From Microthyrium microscopicum (taxonomy: Eukaryota), in assembly GCA_010405405.1 (NCBI GenBank), contig MU004230.1, positions 2,638,627-2,702,626 of the forward strand: a stretch of DNA of 64,000 bases. Reading direction: 5' to 3'. A model generated the notes under the pieces. That model made no database searches, was not told the DNA's origin, and saw only the letters and a program-made list of their open reading frames with translations. The position numbers were made by a program, and so were the translations under genes. Of this stretch, positions 24,573 to 36,701 are shown piece after piece; within the stretch, counting starts at the first letter, position 1, and each line of letters starts with the position of its first letter.

Positions 24573-25340
24573 ATGCTGATAAACTCCCCATCGGACTCCG
24601 GAAGTCCCATAGGCGATGGACCTGGAGAAACGCCAGTCCAAACCACGGCGCAAGATGATATATGGGACGACGTCTTTGAGGCAGAGACGTACTACCACCA
24701 ACATACATTCTCGACGAATCTTCCAAATTCTGTCGATGAATTCTCCATCAACACTGTTTCTGTTGCCCGACAATCCCCCAGCGAAGACGCAGATGCTTTG
24801 GGTGTTGGTTTGGGGTATTCTGATATTGTCTCTGACGTACCACGCCTAAGATCTATCCATGCGTCCGCTGGCTACCGAGAAGGCGTTTCGGAGAGTAAGA
24901 GTCAATTTATCCAGGAAGGCTTTGATGAGGGGTTTGCGCTGGGTGGTGAGATTGGGAGGGCGGTTGGATGGGTGCTTGGTGGATTTGATGGTCTTGTTGC
25001 TGCGACTTCCACCGCAGTCACATCGGTTTCTAGCCCAGAAAGCAGCATTGCGAAAGAAGGAACCCCGAAAGAGCTGAGCTGGAGAGATCGACTGATCAAG
25101 ACACAGCGTGAGGCGAATGAAGAGCTACAGATTCAGAATGTCATTTCCAAGGACTATATAACGCAGGAAGGACTTTGGCTTTACGATGTTAACGCGGGAT
25201 CCGAGGATATTGCTTTCGAAGAAGTCGCTCATGCGCATCCGCTGGTGAAGAAATGGACTGGAATCTTGACGGAGATGGCGAACGATACTGGACTGGACCT
25301 GGAGGCGTATAAAAGACTTCTGGAAGAGGAGCCGGTTTGA
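24573..25340 (+). CDS. YAE1: Yae1 N-terminal domain protein
   Basis: GX3 repeat motif SIHASAGYREGVSESKSQFIQEGFDEGFALGGEIG. Confidence 0.8.
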   Translation: MLINSPSDSGSPIGDGPGETPVQTTAQDDIWDDVFEAETYYHQHTFSTNLPNSVDEFSINTVSVARQSPSEDADALGVGLGYSDIVSDVPRLRSIHASAGYREGVSESKSQFIQEGFDEGFALGGEIGRAVGWVLGGFDGLVAATSTAVTSVSSPESSIAKEGTPKELSWRDRLIKTQREANEELQIQNVISKDYITQEGLWLYDVNAGSEDIAFEEVAHAHPLVKKWTGILTEMANDTGLDLEAYKRLLEEEPV

Positions 25341-26197
25341 AGCAAACTGGTTTGATATACTGGAACTATCAAAGAAATACCATGGCAATCTTGGGGACTA
25401 TGGCGCCAGAAGCAATCGAGCTTTACGACTGTTCTCCTTGTTATATATGATAAGTTGATTGCAGTCTTCTACAGAAGATTGGAGATCACATATCTGGCTT
25501 CCAAATCGGGACTCTATTCACAATCTGCCGATTGTAGCTCAGTCAGCCATCGCATTCCACCTCACAGACATATTGCATCATGGTAAAGGTCTTCCTGGCC
25601 ACTTGGACTTGATCCTAGCTACTACTAGGTCAATTGGAGGAAATTCGGCACATGAAGTGACTGCGACATTGGGGTGTTCTGGCCAACTGCAGAATTATAT
25701 CACACTTTCCCAGTTAACTTTGGCACTACAGCGACCTGTAAATTCGATCGGAATACCAAACCGGTCACCGTGGCTGTGGTACCTGCCCAAAATCGAAATC
25801 ACTATAATGGTACCCTTGCAGTTCTTGACAGCTCTTGCCCAAGTCACTTATAAAATCCTCGGCCACCACTTCCTATACAGTCCATGGCAGATCCACCACC
25901 ACCTCAACCACCACGTTTTGCCGCCACCAATGTGCTATAGCTCTTTCCTCAATGGAAGTGAAATTTCGACCCTTGCTAGCACATTGTCACTAGATATTTG
26001 CCAAGCTTGTACTTTGTTGCTATAAAACCTCACAGAGATTTTTCATCCTCCTCTTCCTTTCCCCATCACTTGTTCCATCCAGACCTCAGTCTTTGAAATT
26101 TGAACGAACTTCAGTCTTTCAGTTTATCATAACAGACTCACTACTTCTTCCTTCTATCATCAAATCCATTACACAAGTTCTACAAACAGCAATCAAG

Positions 26198-28562
26198 ATG
26201 TCTACCCAGATGCTTGTCTTCGTTGCCCTTATCACTCTGTTCTTTTCGATCACCTTTGGCACTTACTACCTAAAGGCCATCATGAACACCATCATCTCCT
26301 TTGCTGCGCGCGGTTTCTACTTCATTTGCGCAATGGCATCAACCGCGAAAATGCTTTTCTCTTTGGGGGTTCGCTCTTACAAAGATCCCAGTAGGTTCCT
26401 CTATAAGTCCTTCTTTATCTGTCTTTTACCAACCAACTTACAGAATGGGCCATCGTGGGGGCCATCAAGGCCTTCGTCACATTCATTCTTTCTATGGTAG
26501 CGCGCATCCTCAGAGTAGCCAGTAAGTCTCCTTCTAAGTCCTTCTCTATTAGTCTTTTACCAACCAACTTCCAGTCGGTTACATTGTTGGCGCGTTCAAC
26601 TTCCTCTGGCGATCTTTTGTTTCCGCTCATACGTCTACGCCGATACCTCCAAGTCAGTTGCACATTCCAAAGATGGATAGAACGAAGGTCAATGCCGAAT
26701 GCGCTAAACCAGCGCCGACCAACATGCCAGAGTTTCCTGCCAAGGCAGAGCCTACCACTCTGCCAAAGCTTGCTACTCTGCCAAAGCCTACGGTCTATCG
26801 GCGGATGCCTGCGAAATTCGAATATTTTGAGCGACTTCGTCAACCAAGCCACCCTGGCACCCACTATCATAAGCCAGAGCGAAAGCAGATCACACCGGTG
26901 CCGCGAGATTAGAATGATCGCGCACCTGTGAGACCTGTTCCGGAGTTCGTTCCTACTCCTCCACGGACACCTCTTGGATCGGCCGTCATGGAAGTCCCGG
27001 AGTATAGGCCGTCTCTTCACCCTGTGACGACGGCGATGCTCCTTCCCTCTCCCCCTACGACGCCTCCTCCCCCAACTGGCATTGTGACGCCTCCATTCCT
27101 GCACAGTATGTGGCCGGAGCTTCATCAATCCGGTCAGCCAATGATGATGACCCATACTGGGCTCATCGTTCCTGTCCATACTCCTTCCCCACCACCACAG
27201 CAGGTGCTGGAACAGACCAGTCACACCTGGTTCCAATCAACCCAACCTGCTTATCTGGCAACTCCTCCTTCCTCGGTGCAGTCTCCTGTCTTGGCTGTCG
27301 GCCGCTTACCTTCTGATTTACCGCCACTCGATTACAAGTCGCCTGAAAAGAAGGGACAGAAGAAAAGACAGACCGCTAGCGCGGACCCGGCACCTCCCTC
27401 AAAGCGTAGATGCCCATCAACGCGTGCGAAACTGGAATGGGAGGTCTTGAAGGTGGTGGAGATATTGAAAAAGTTGAGAAAATCGCAGAAGGCGCAAAAG
27501 AAAGTCAAGGTGCACCGCTTTGGCGATTACGACCTGGTTTGGTGGAACAATGAGATTGCAAAGAGTCACGAGCGCTGCAAGAAAGTCGACGTGGCAGATA
27601 ATTTGGGGGGCGGCGAAATTGTTGTTGATGAGATAGACGTCTCTTGCGCCGGCCAACATATGGAAGTCGACGATGGCCAGGCTCATAACGATGGCCACGC
27701 TATGGACGTTGACGGGGCTGACGAAGATGAAGCCGAGGAAGATGAGATGGATTACGAGCCTGCCAAGGATCTTCTTAAAGAACAGATGCCAAATGAGGAG
27801 AACCACTCGAACAGCACCATCATGACTGTTCCGGCATACAGCTTCGGAGACGTGAACATGGATATTCCTGAATACAGCTTCGGAGACGTGGACATGGATT
27901 CCGAACAGCCACAACAGAGTGTTCAATTCACCGCGTCGACATCCTTTTCTGGCTTCGCTCCTGCATACAATGCTCCGATCCAGGCCACAGGACCGATAGC
28001 CACTGTCCCTGCCTTTGGTCAGTCGACTTTTGGTCAAACTTTCCCGGGTCAAGTCACTGGAGGTCAATCTGCTTCGAGCCAGTCGCCATTCAAGACGCCC
28101 GGACTTCCTGCGTCTGAATACAAGAAGTTGTCCAATCAGTCCAATCTGGCCATGAGCCTTGCTTCCAGCAAATGGTCGACACCTTTATCTTCTGCCTCGA
28201 ACTCTTCCATAAGCCAAGCAGCTCAGGCTCCTCCTTCGAGAACCTCGAACCCGCCATATCAGCCTGCTTCCTTCATGCAAAACCAGACCCTCCAATTAGG
28301 GTATGCTGGAAGTCCACCTGGCTCTTTTGGATTAGGAGCACGGGCTCCTGCTGCAGCTCCCCTCTCTGCACCGGCCACAACTATAAGCCAGCAGTCACCA
28401 GCTCTACCTACTTCAGGACTGGGGAAAATCTTCATGAGAAGCAAAGCGCCTGGCTCCTTTGGTACAGGTGACTCTCCTGATCCGGCTTCACAGCCACGCC
28501 AACGGCAAGATCGAGCTCCTAGCCCGGAAGAGGCCCCAAAGAATTATCGACTACGATATTGA
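26198..28562 (+). pseudogene. Lineage-specific gene (hydrophobic N-terminus, Pro/Ser-rich body) interrupted by one in-frame TAG at 26910-26912
   Basis: Splicing introns 26391-26443 and 26522-26574 gives an open frame from ATG 26198 to TAG 26910. The same frame then continues for ~550 codons to 28562. It could instead be two genes or a readthrough/edited gene. Confidence 0.5.
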
Positions 28563-28676
28563 TCTGTGGCGATTCCCTCCTTCCAGTTCGTCCTCGCACA
28601 ATTCTCAGAGCCTAGTGCAGTCTACTCGAGTCTGGCCAAGTCGTTGAGAACGCGACTTACTTCACTACCGTTTCAA

Positions 28677-29140
28677 TCCGCTGGTGCGGGTGTCTTACAC
28701 ACCCTGCCGCAGATTGCGGTACTGTCTTTCCGCTGTTGTGGTGTCCATCTTATACACTCTCCCGCAGATTGCCAGTACTGTTCCTACAACTATTGGGTGT
28801 TCGATCACCTTCCAGATGTGGCAATGAAACGGCCAATATCGCGCATCTCACGGCAGGTTTGGGTTACGGTTTCCGCTGTTGTGGTGTCTTATACACTCTC
28901 CCGCAGATTCCCAGTACTCATCCGACAACTATTGGGTGTCGTCATATACATCTTCCAGATGTGGAGCGAAACGGCTAGTATCGCGTCTCATTGCAGGCTT
29001 GGTTTATTGGATGGTCGATGGGTGAAACTTGTTGCTCCCGCAGATTGCTGGTATTGTTCCTACAATTATTGCGTGTCGTCTTATACACCTTCCGGATGTG
29101 GAACAAACGGCCAGTATCGCATCTCAAGGCAGGCTTGTTT
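28677..29140. repeat. Degenerate ~140-bp tandem repeat, ~3.3 copies
   Basis: Recurring CTCCCGCAGATT...ACAAYTATTG.GTGT...CTTCC.GATGTGG...AAACGG..A.TATCGC...GCAGG blocks at ~28730, ~28871 and ~29034, with a partial copy at 28677. Confidence 0.85.
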
Positions 29141-30140
29141 GATCGAAAAGTCGATGGGTGGAACTTGATTTTGGGCGGGGGTTGTTTGGGAGGATGATGG
29201 CTTAAAAGTCTCTGTGGCGGGTTGATTGTTGAGTATGGATGCTCTTTTGGACTTGGGTACTCTATTGGGCTTGAAAATTCTGTTTGGTTGGGATACCCTC
29301 TTGGGCTTCGGCACTCTTCTTGGTTCTTTACACTCTTCTTGGGCTTGAACACTTCTTGCGCGATGCGTTCGATGGAGTCATGAGTTATGTGGCTTGGGGA
29401 GGATATCAATGCTTCAATCGCAGCATGTTTACACGTATTCATTAATTGATTGATTGTCTTTGTTGATGCCCATGTTCTTTAAATGCGGTGAAATAGATGC
29501 CGAAGTTTTTCAAGACTGCCAGATAGCCACCGGGCCTTGCATAATAGCATATTGGCATTTCGGCTATGCAAGTCGCTTCGTCAAGATGAGAGTCTCCTGT
29601 GCTCTCTTGAGTCCTACGATGTGGTGGGATGCTAGCCACTTCCTTCGGTGACTAAGCTTTGGAGATGCCACGCGGTTGGGTATTAGGAGAAAACCGATGC
29701 AATGAGAGCGGAAACAACGTAACACACCATAGATATTTTATCAAATGTACTGGTAACTATTAGTTAAAGGAGTTTGACTCGCAAAGTAAGGTAGATGATG
29801 GCGCTGTCATGCATAGAGTCGCCGAGCTTATCCTTAGCTGCCCATAACTCAGCTCGAGTTCTTCGAAACCTCCTTCTAAAAGCATAGAATCCAACAATCT
29901 TTCGCAGAATATAAAATGCTAAGAGTGTGAATTCAGACTGGCAAGACTGGCCAAGTGTCGTTGGAAGATACCCCTGAATGAACATCGGAAGTGGCGCTAT
30001 CCGATCGGCCCGACCAGGCTGTCATTTAATCGGCATTTCATGTCACTGATACATATATTTTATCCAGCTCATTTCTAGAACTCGATCACATCCTCACTTT
30101 CCACTCCCCTATCTAAGACAGATTGTTCAATTCCGTCACA

Positions 30141-30782
30141 ATGTCTGGATCCAAGAAAAACGCCTACGACACCAAACAGCACGACACCTCCTTCCGTCGC
30201 ACATGGGACACCGCCGAATATGCTGAGAAGGGCGCCGCCCGCGATGCCCGCGACCGTGAGGAAGCCAAAGCCCGCTATGAAGCCAAACTCGCCGGCAAAA
30301 AATACCACCGCCGCGCCTCCACACCCCCCGACGTCCGCGAAACTGAAGCGCGCAAACAACGCCTCGATGTTGGGTCTATGGTCGGCAAGACCATGCTGGT
30401 CCCAGCCGGCGCATCAATCGGTAAACGAGGTCGTGGAGCGGGGTTCTACTGCGAAGCCTGTGATCTTACGTTCAAGGATAATCTGCAGTTGGTGGAACAC
30501 TACAATAGCAAGCAGCATCAGCTGGCGGTGGGGGAGTCGGGTAAGGTACGCATTGCGACGGTGGAAGAGGTTAGGGAGAGGCTGAAGTGGTTGAAGAGGA
30601 AAAGAGATGAAGAAAAGAAGGATGAAGTTATCAACTTGGAGGAGAGGTTGGAGGTTGCGAGAGAGAAGGAAGATGCTGAGCGAGAGGAAAAGAGGCGGAA
30701 GCGGAATGAGAAGCGTCGGAAGACGAAGAATGGGGAGGGTGTGCAAGGCATACAATATGAGAATGATGGGATTATTTGCTGA
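30141..30782 (+). CDS. SNU23: U4/U6.U5 tri-snRNP zinc-finger protein Snu23 (ZMAT2)
   Basis: DTSFRRTWD, GAGFYCEACDLTFKDNLQLVEHYNSKQH and a charged coiled tail. Confidence 0.9.
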   Translation: MSGSKKNAYDTKQHDTSFRRTWDTAEYAEKGAARDARDREEAKARYEAKLAGKKYHRRASTPPDVRETEARKQRLDVGSMVGKTMLVPAGASIGKRGRGAGFYCEACDLTFKDNLQLVEHYNSKQHQLAVGESGKVRIATVEEVRERLKWLKRKRDEEKKDEVINLEERLEVAREKEDAEREEKRRKRNEKRRKTKNGEGVQGIQYENDGIIC

Positions 30783-31499
30783 GAGTGCTTCTCATGAATG
30801 GCAAAATATTGCCCATCTACCAACGCGCTGTTGCTTTCTGCTCAGTCGGAAGAAGCTCATTCTGTTGTGGACTACAGGGTATCAGCACACCTTTGGCAAA
30901 ATGCGACCAGCCTTCAATTGCCAGCTCGCTGTAAGCTCAACGTTGCAAGCAACCTCCGATCCCACAGAATGGATTCTGCGAAGTATAGCGGTAGCAAGGA
31001 AGCTCGGTCCAGCATTCAACAACTTGTTAGTTCAATGTCCCCGATGCTGCGACGATCCTCCATACGAATGCATGTCGTTGTGGGAATCAATGATACGATT
31101 CTACGAACCTTCAGGAACCCAAATCACTGCGATTGGAGCGAAACGAGCTTTGAATATCAACTACCTGCTAGTTGTACGCGGCTCCATGACTGACGATCTC
31201 CCGACATCCAGGTTTTGGGTCATTCGGTTAATATGAAACGCCTTGTGCACAATCCACCAACACCGTTCACAATCAGCACGTTTGTTTAGAAAGGCTTCTT
31301 GGCCAAAATCGTCCTCATATTGCACGGTCTGTGCAGATTTCTTGCAATGAACCCCGGAAAGCTAGGGCCCTGCAAGATGCAGACATATTACCGTCACATC
31401 CTTCTCATGGATGCTACATGAGAGAGGCTCAAATAGAAATTAGAATCAAGTTCTGATTATGGCTGTTTACAGTCGAAACAAGACTCTGTGCTCTCAATC

Positions 31500-33471
31500 A
31501 TGGCAATATTCTCATCATTTTACTGTCTTTTGGCAACTTTAGTTCATCTCGTCCTGTCTCTCAATGTCGCCGACCCATTCTTGATAGACAATGGCGACAA
31601 AACGTTCACTATTGGAAATTCACTCTGGAACTTAACGCTCAACTCTCAGTTTGGCACAAAGCTACTTTACAAAGGACATGATCTAGTTGGCGCTGCTTCA
31701 GGGCACTATGTTAGCTACAGTAGGTTCACGGAGCGTGCCATGATAATCTGACTAACAAAATAAAGATGGAGCTGCGAACAATTTGACCTTTGATGTTTCA
31801 CCCCCAAGGCTTCAAAAACTGAATAGCGAGTACACATCTATCAGCTTCCTCGCCAAAGAAGGATTATTTGTGTGGGTGCTCTCTCCAACGCTTTCTGGTG
31901 CATATCAATATTTTGTGAACCACAACCTGCCGCAGCTCGGTGAGTTTCGTACGCTCTGGCGGTTGGATAACTCAACCTTCACGCATGCCTGGACTTCAGA
32001 GATAGCAGACTATGGAGTAAAAGAGCAAATTGATGGTGTTCCCTTAGTTCCTCTCAGCCAGATCAGAGGATCAAATTCAACCAAAAAGGTTCAGGACGAG
32101 ACCTGGCAAAGACTGGACGGAAGCTTCATTACCAAGTATGACCTTGCTGCGTTCTTACCAGTCGTCGAAGGAAGACCATCTTTATGGGGCACTTTAGGAA
32201 AACTACCTGGCACCAACGAAGGAATCGGAAGCTGGTATATCCACGGTGGAAAGGTAATCTTGTCACTATCACTTGTGTTGGGCGAAACTTACAGGATATA
32301 GGACTATCTTAATGGCGACCATTTGAAACAAGAACTCATGAATCATCGTGAGAGCATCACTGGAGATACTGTCCAGCTTAACATGATCCATGGTACTCAT
32401 TTTCAATCAATTAGTCGAGACAATTTTGCTCGAGGCAGAACATGGGGCCCGTTTTTATGGTACTTGGTACGTTATCTTACTACTCTACCACTCTACCAGC
32501 AAACATTGATCTTTCTTTAGAACAACGGCTCAAGTGCGGATGCACTAGCGAAAGCCAAGGAAGAAATGAAGTTGTGGCCTTACCAGTGGATGAAAGATGA
32601 TAATGGCTTCAACTCTCGAGGCAACATTTCGGGTCAACTGTCTCTCGACGGCAACCGGCCTGCATCAAATGCGGCTATCTTTCTCGGTGATAACAATTCG
32701 ACTCTGAGAACTGTAAATCAAGGCGCGGGCTATTACTACCGAACTTACGCAGACCACATGGGACGCTTCAGAATAGATAATGTGCGATCTGGATCTTATG
32801 CGTTGCAAGCCTGGCCGAATGGCGGTATCATTGCTGACGTTTTTACCACATTTGTTCGAAACGATGTAGTCATCAGTGCCAATAAACACACAGCACTCCC
32901 CGCCTTGTCCTGGGCAACGCAAGGCCGCAAGAAAATCTGGCAAATCGGAGAACTTGATCGAACTGGAGCCGGCTTCAACAACAGCGGGCCGCCCCACAAG
33001 CACGGCAGAAGTGCAAACTGTCCGGCTAATTTGACGTATACGGTGGGTACTAGTGGGCTTCGAGACTGGTGCTTTGCTATGGTCAAGCCTGGTACCTGGA
33101 GTATCAAATTTGGTATTCTGAGTGGCGAGATTACTTCAGCAGCGGTACTGAGTTTAGCTTTGGCCTCATTTACTTCTGGTGTGGTGGCGACTATTTCGAT
33201 TAATGAGAAGAGCGTTTGTGAGATCAGTCAGGCTACTGCTGGGGAAGGAGATCCATCTTTGTATCGCTCTGGAACGTTAGCTGGAGACTGGAGGCTTGTT
33301 CAGTGTAAGATTGCGAAGGGTCTTCTGAGAGAGGATCAGAACAGCATCGATTTCAAGATCAAGCAACAAGAAAGGGAACATGAATGGACCAACTCAGATC
33401 CTAAGATTGGAAACGTCATGTCTCTTCGCGGCTTTATGTGGGATAGTATCGCTCTTGAGTGGGATAATTGA
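31500..33471 (+). CDS. Secreted rhamnogalacturonan lyase, polysaccharide lyase family 4
   Basis: Signal peptide, GAYQYFVN..LGEFRTLWRL, VQDETW, FITKYD, GDHLKQELM, LNMIHGTHF, WPYQW, IWQIGELDR and MWDSIALEW; 3 introns. Confidence 0.88.
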
Positions 33472-34058
33472 AGAGAAGTGGGAGTCGTGGGACCATCGTT
33501 GCCATGACCATTGTTTGATTATTTCGAAGAGCTAGAGTAACAAGATAGCTCCCGGTGAGTAGCTTCACCACGTTCTTGCCCATTAATGCGACGCTTGAAC
33601 TCTTCAGCAAGCGGTCTTCTTCTCTGATTGGTGTCCTTGTAGTCTTCCAAGTTTCATATACGATATCACTGCGCCATTTGATCAGATGGTTGATCACTAA
33701 AGTATGCGTCCATCAGGAATAATAGAGGAAGAACATATTTGATATAGGAGTGTTTCTTCAAATGTTCAACCATGGATGCTCTGGTCAGCTACTTCAAGTC
33801 GGTTCCAGAACCACTTCACAGTCATCCCACCGCAGCGGAGAATTGCTGTTTGTGACTATGCCTCAGAGTCAGAGCCTCTTTCCGGTACAGATTCCTCGGT
33901 ATGGGAGAAAACTTTTTAATGTACCAGTACCATTAGTCTGGCTCATGTATAAAGCCATAATGTCCGCCCACATTTTGGTAGATTTTACTTTCCACTTTTA
34001 AATTCTTCCGCGACTTGTGCCTCCTTCACATCAAACCGAATCTTATATACAAATCACC

Positions 34059-34799
34059 ATGAAGACGACTTCCATTTGCATGCTGGCTGCCATGGCAGGC
34101 AGCGCTTTCTGCCATCCGGCAAAGCAAGCAACACCACCACCACCAAAGGGAGAGAATCGCGGCCAGGGCATCCCACATCCCGTGCGACCATTTCCACTCA
34201 AACCAACAATGACGAATCTAGCTTCACTTGTAAGCGTACTCCAGAATCCACCAACAGCCACAGCTACATCTCCAACAGCCACAGCTACATCTCAGATCAA
34301 CATGCCCCCTAATATTCTGGCCGAACCAGTACCACCAACCAAGGAATTTCTTAAGCGCTACTTCGGCCTAGTGCCCGTACTAGAAGAGTACAAAAAAGAT
34401 TGCCTACACCTTAAGGTCATTCCCGCCGATTCACCACAGCGATGCAAGGATTTACGCAGCATCATCGAGTTGGCTGGTTATGTGGAAGCTGACTGGAATG
34501 TCAAGCCAAAGGGTCTCCCAAAGGTCGGCTCGTTGAAAGTCTGGATTCACAAAGTCCAAGTCTGCAATGCCACCGAGAAGCCAATCCCCGGTGCTATTCC
34601 ACTCCCGTACCCATTCCCCTTCCCAGTCAAAGGCTCAGGTCGTCCATTTGGTCCTGGGGGCAATCCAAAGAGCAAGAAGCCACGCCCTGGCTTTGGCCTA
34701 CGGAGCGCACAGGGCGAGTGCGAGATGCAGGATATGATGACTCTGCCGGTGGAACGAAATGCGACTGAGAACTCACTTTGGGCTATGATTGATGCTTGA
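34059..34799 (+). CDS. Putative secreted Pro-rich protein of unknown function
   Basis: Signal-like N-terminus MKTTSICMLAAMAGSAFC. Intronless, ~246 aa. Internal 21-bp duplication (PTATATS x2, 34251-34292). Confidence 0.6.
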   Translation: MKTTSICMLAAMAGSAFCHPAKQATPPPPKGENRGQGIPHPVRPFPLKPTMTNLASLVSVLQNPPTATATSPTATATSQINMPPNILAEPVPPTKEFLKRYFGLVPVLEEYKKDCLHLKVIPADSPQRCKDLRSIIELAGYVEADWNVKPKGLPKVGSLKVWIHKVQVCNATEKPIPGAIPLPYPFPFPVKGSGRPFGPGGNPKSKKPRPGFGLRSAQGECEMQDMMTLPVERNATENSLWAMIDA

Positions 34800-35425
34800 A
34801 CTTGAGTGAAAGCCTGAAAAGAGCTTGCTTATGTATTACTAGCTGATATAATTTCTGGGATCAGTGGGATTTGGTTAGCTTGGGTTTCAATGGAGTTGAT
34901 AAGGAGGCTACTGGAAAGGGCAGCTTCTGCAGGGAGCAGCTGAACGCTCATTTAGGTATTGTTTCTTTGATGTTGCCAAACTATCAGTAGTAATGTAATC
35001 GAACTTATCTGTTCAAGTACCAGATCTTTGGATCTTTTCAGACTATAAGAATGTGTTTAATCAAACAATGACTCTCAAGCTTAGAGTGTGCTTTCGATAC
35101 CCAGGCGAATTACGCTTGACGTCCCAAGAGCACAAAAACGGCTAGGGTTAAGAGGAAAGATAGAAAATGGCCCTAATCCATTATACGTATCATCATCACA
35201 ATAATGGAGACGTCGTCTTGACAGCCTTGTTCAGCCTTATCGGCACAGAAAGTGCAGGGGTTTCTCGACAGGGATCTAAATGCATGACATCACTGCCTCT
35301 TTCTTCATGTGATGCCACCTCTCCAGCTTTGATTGTCAACATTCATCCCTTCAACCTGGAAACACCTTGTAGATCCTCAAGCTTAAGCTCAATAGGTGCT
35401 TTCTTCCATTTACACAACCTCACCT

Positions 35426-36452
35426 ATGTCTCAACGAAAGTCGAATACTGTCGCTGGCAACATTGCCAACAGAGCGAAGGATGTCGTTTCTGAAGATGCC
35501 AACAAAGCTAAGGCCCTGTTGACAGATGCCGTGAAGAGTAGAGCCTACTTCTATCCCATCAAGGTATGCTGTAACTACTGAAATTTGGTTGTAGCTCGTA
35601 GCTAACATCGTTCAGGGCATCTACTACTTCCTCTCCCATCAATCTCTATGGCAGCCATTGCGAGAACAGCTACTACCAACCTTCGGCACAGCTATGAGCG
35701 TGACCTTGGCCATGTTTGCGTTCACCTATCTACCACAAGCAGCAATCCTCACACTCGTCAACGGCCCGCTGGCCTTCATCTCCACCATTCTCCTTGTGCT
35801 TTCCGAAAGCGCTACAATCACCAACATTATTGCTCGAGGATTCTTCATTGACGAAGCACTCCTCGACACCTTTGACGGGGTAAGACTATCCGTCTCCCTC
35901 CATCCAAGACTTTGAACTGACCTATTCTAGACTCTCCTATCTCGCGAAAAGCCTAAACTCGTCTCTCAAGGACGTCAACTCAAGCCCGCCCGCAGTGGCG
36001 CCGGTAACACAGTCTCGCGCCTAGGCAAAGTCGTCTCCAAGCGTTTCGCCCGCTTCACACCATCTGGCATCATCCGCTATCTAGTCTACCTGCCACTCAA
36101 CATGATCCCAGTGGTCGGTACCGTGCTCTTCATCGTGCTGCAGGCACGTCGCTTCGGCCCAAATGCACATGCGCGCTACTTTCAGCTCAAGGGCTGGAGC
36201 AATGCCCAACGCGAAGACTATATTGAGAAGAAGCGTGCTGCATATACTGCTTTTGGAGCGCCTGCTGTATTGTTGGAAATGATTCCGTTCATTGGTGTCG
36301 GCTTTGCATTCACCAATACTGTTGGTGCGGCGTTGTGGGCGGCTGATATGGAGGATGGTATGTCTGCGCCGGAGACTGCTGAGTTGCGTGAGGACGAGAT
36401 GGGCGAGCAAGAGAGCGGTGTTGTTCGCGATGAGGGTAAGAAGGAGCTGTAG
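35426..36452 (+). CDS. EI24/RRT8-like membrane protein
   Basis: AYFYPIKGIYYFLSH, TYLPQAAIL..NGPLA, VLSES, DTFD, LNMIPVVG and HARYFQLKG; 2 introns. Confidence 0.8.
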
Positions 36453-36701
36453 AGGCAAGAAGATTGGCAGCAAAAAGCGAAGGGGTAGTGAATGACTAGC
36501 ACACATAGATGTCCTTGTCATTATTAGCGTTCTTGTATGAGATATGAAATATGTAGCAATTAAGTAATATCATTAAATGTCTATCGATTCCTGATATGAA
36601 TTTACCCGGTGAGAGCATGAGCTACTAGTCTATCTATAAATGCGCCATATGCCATGATCCAGATCGCCGAAGCTGACCCTCTATAAATTCTGCCAAATGC
36701 A

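Noticed and set aside
25459..26025. 188-aa ORF upstream of the orphan gene
   Set aside because: Non-ATG start, no recognisable motifs; probably promoter sequence.
28566..29442. 200-aa (+) and 155-aa (-) ORFs over the repeat array
   Set aside because: The frames shift between repeat units, so these are likely by-products of the repeat.
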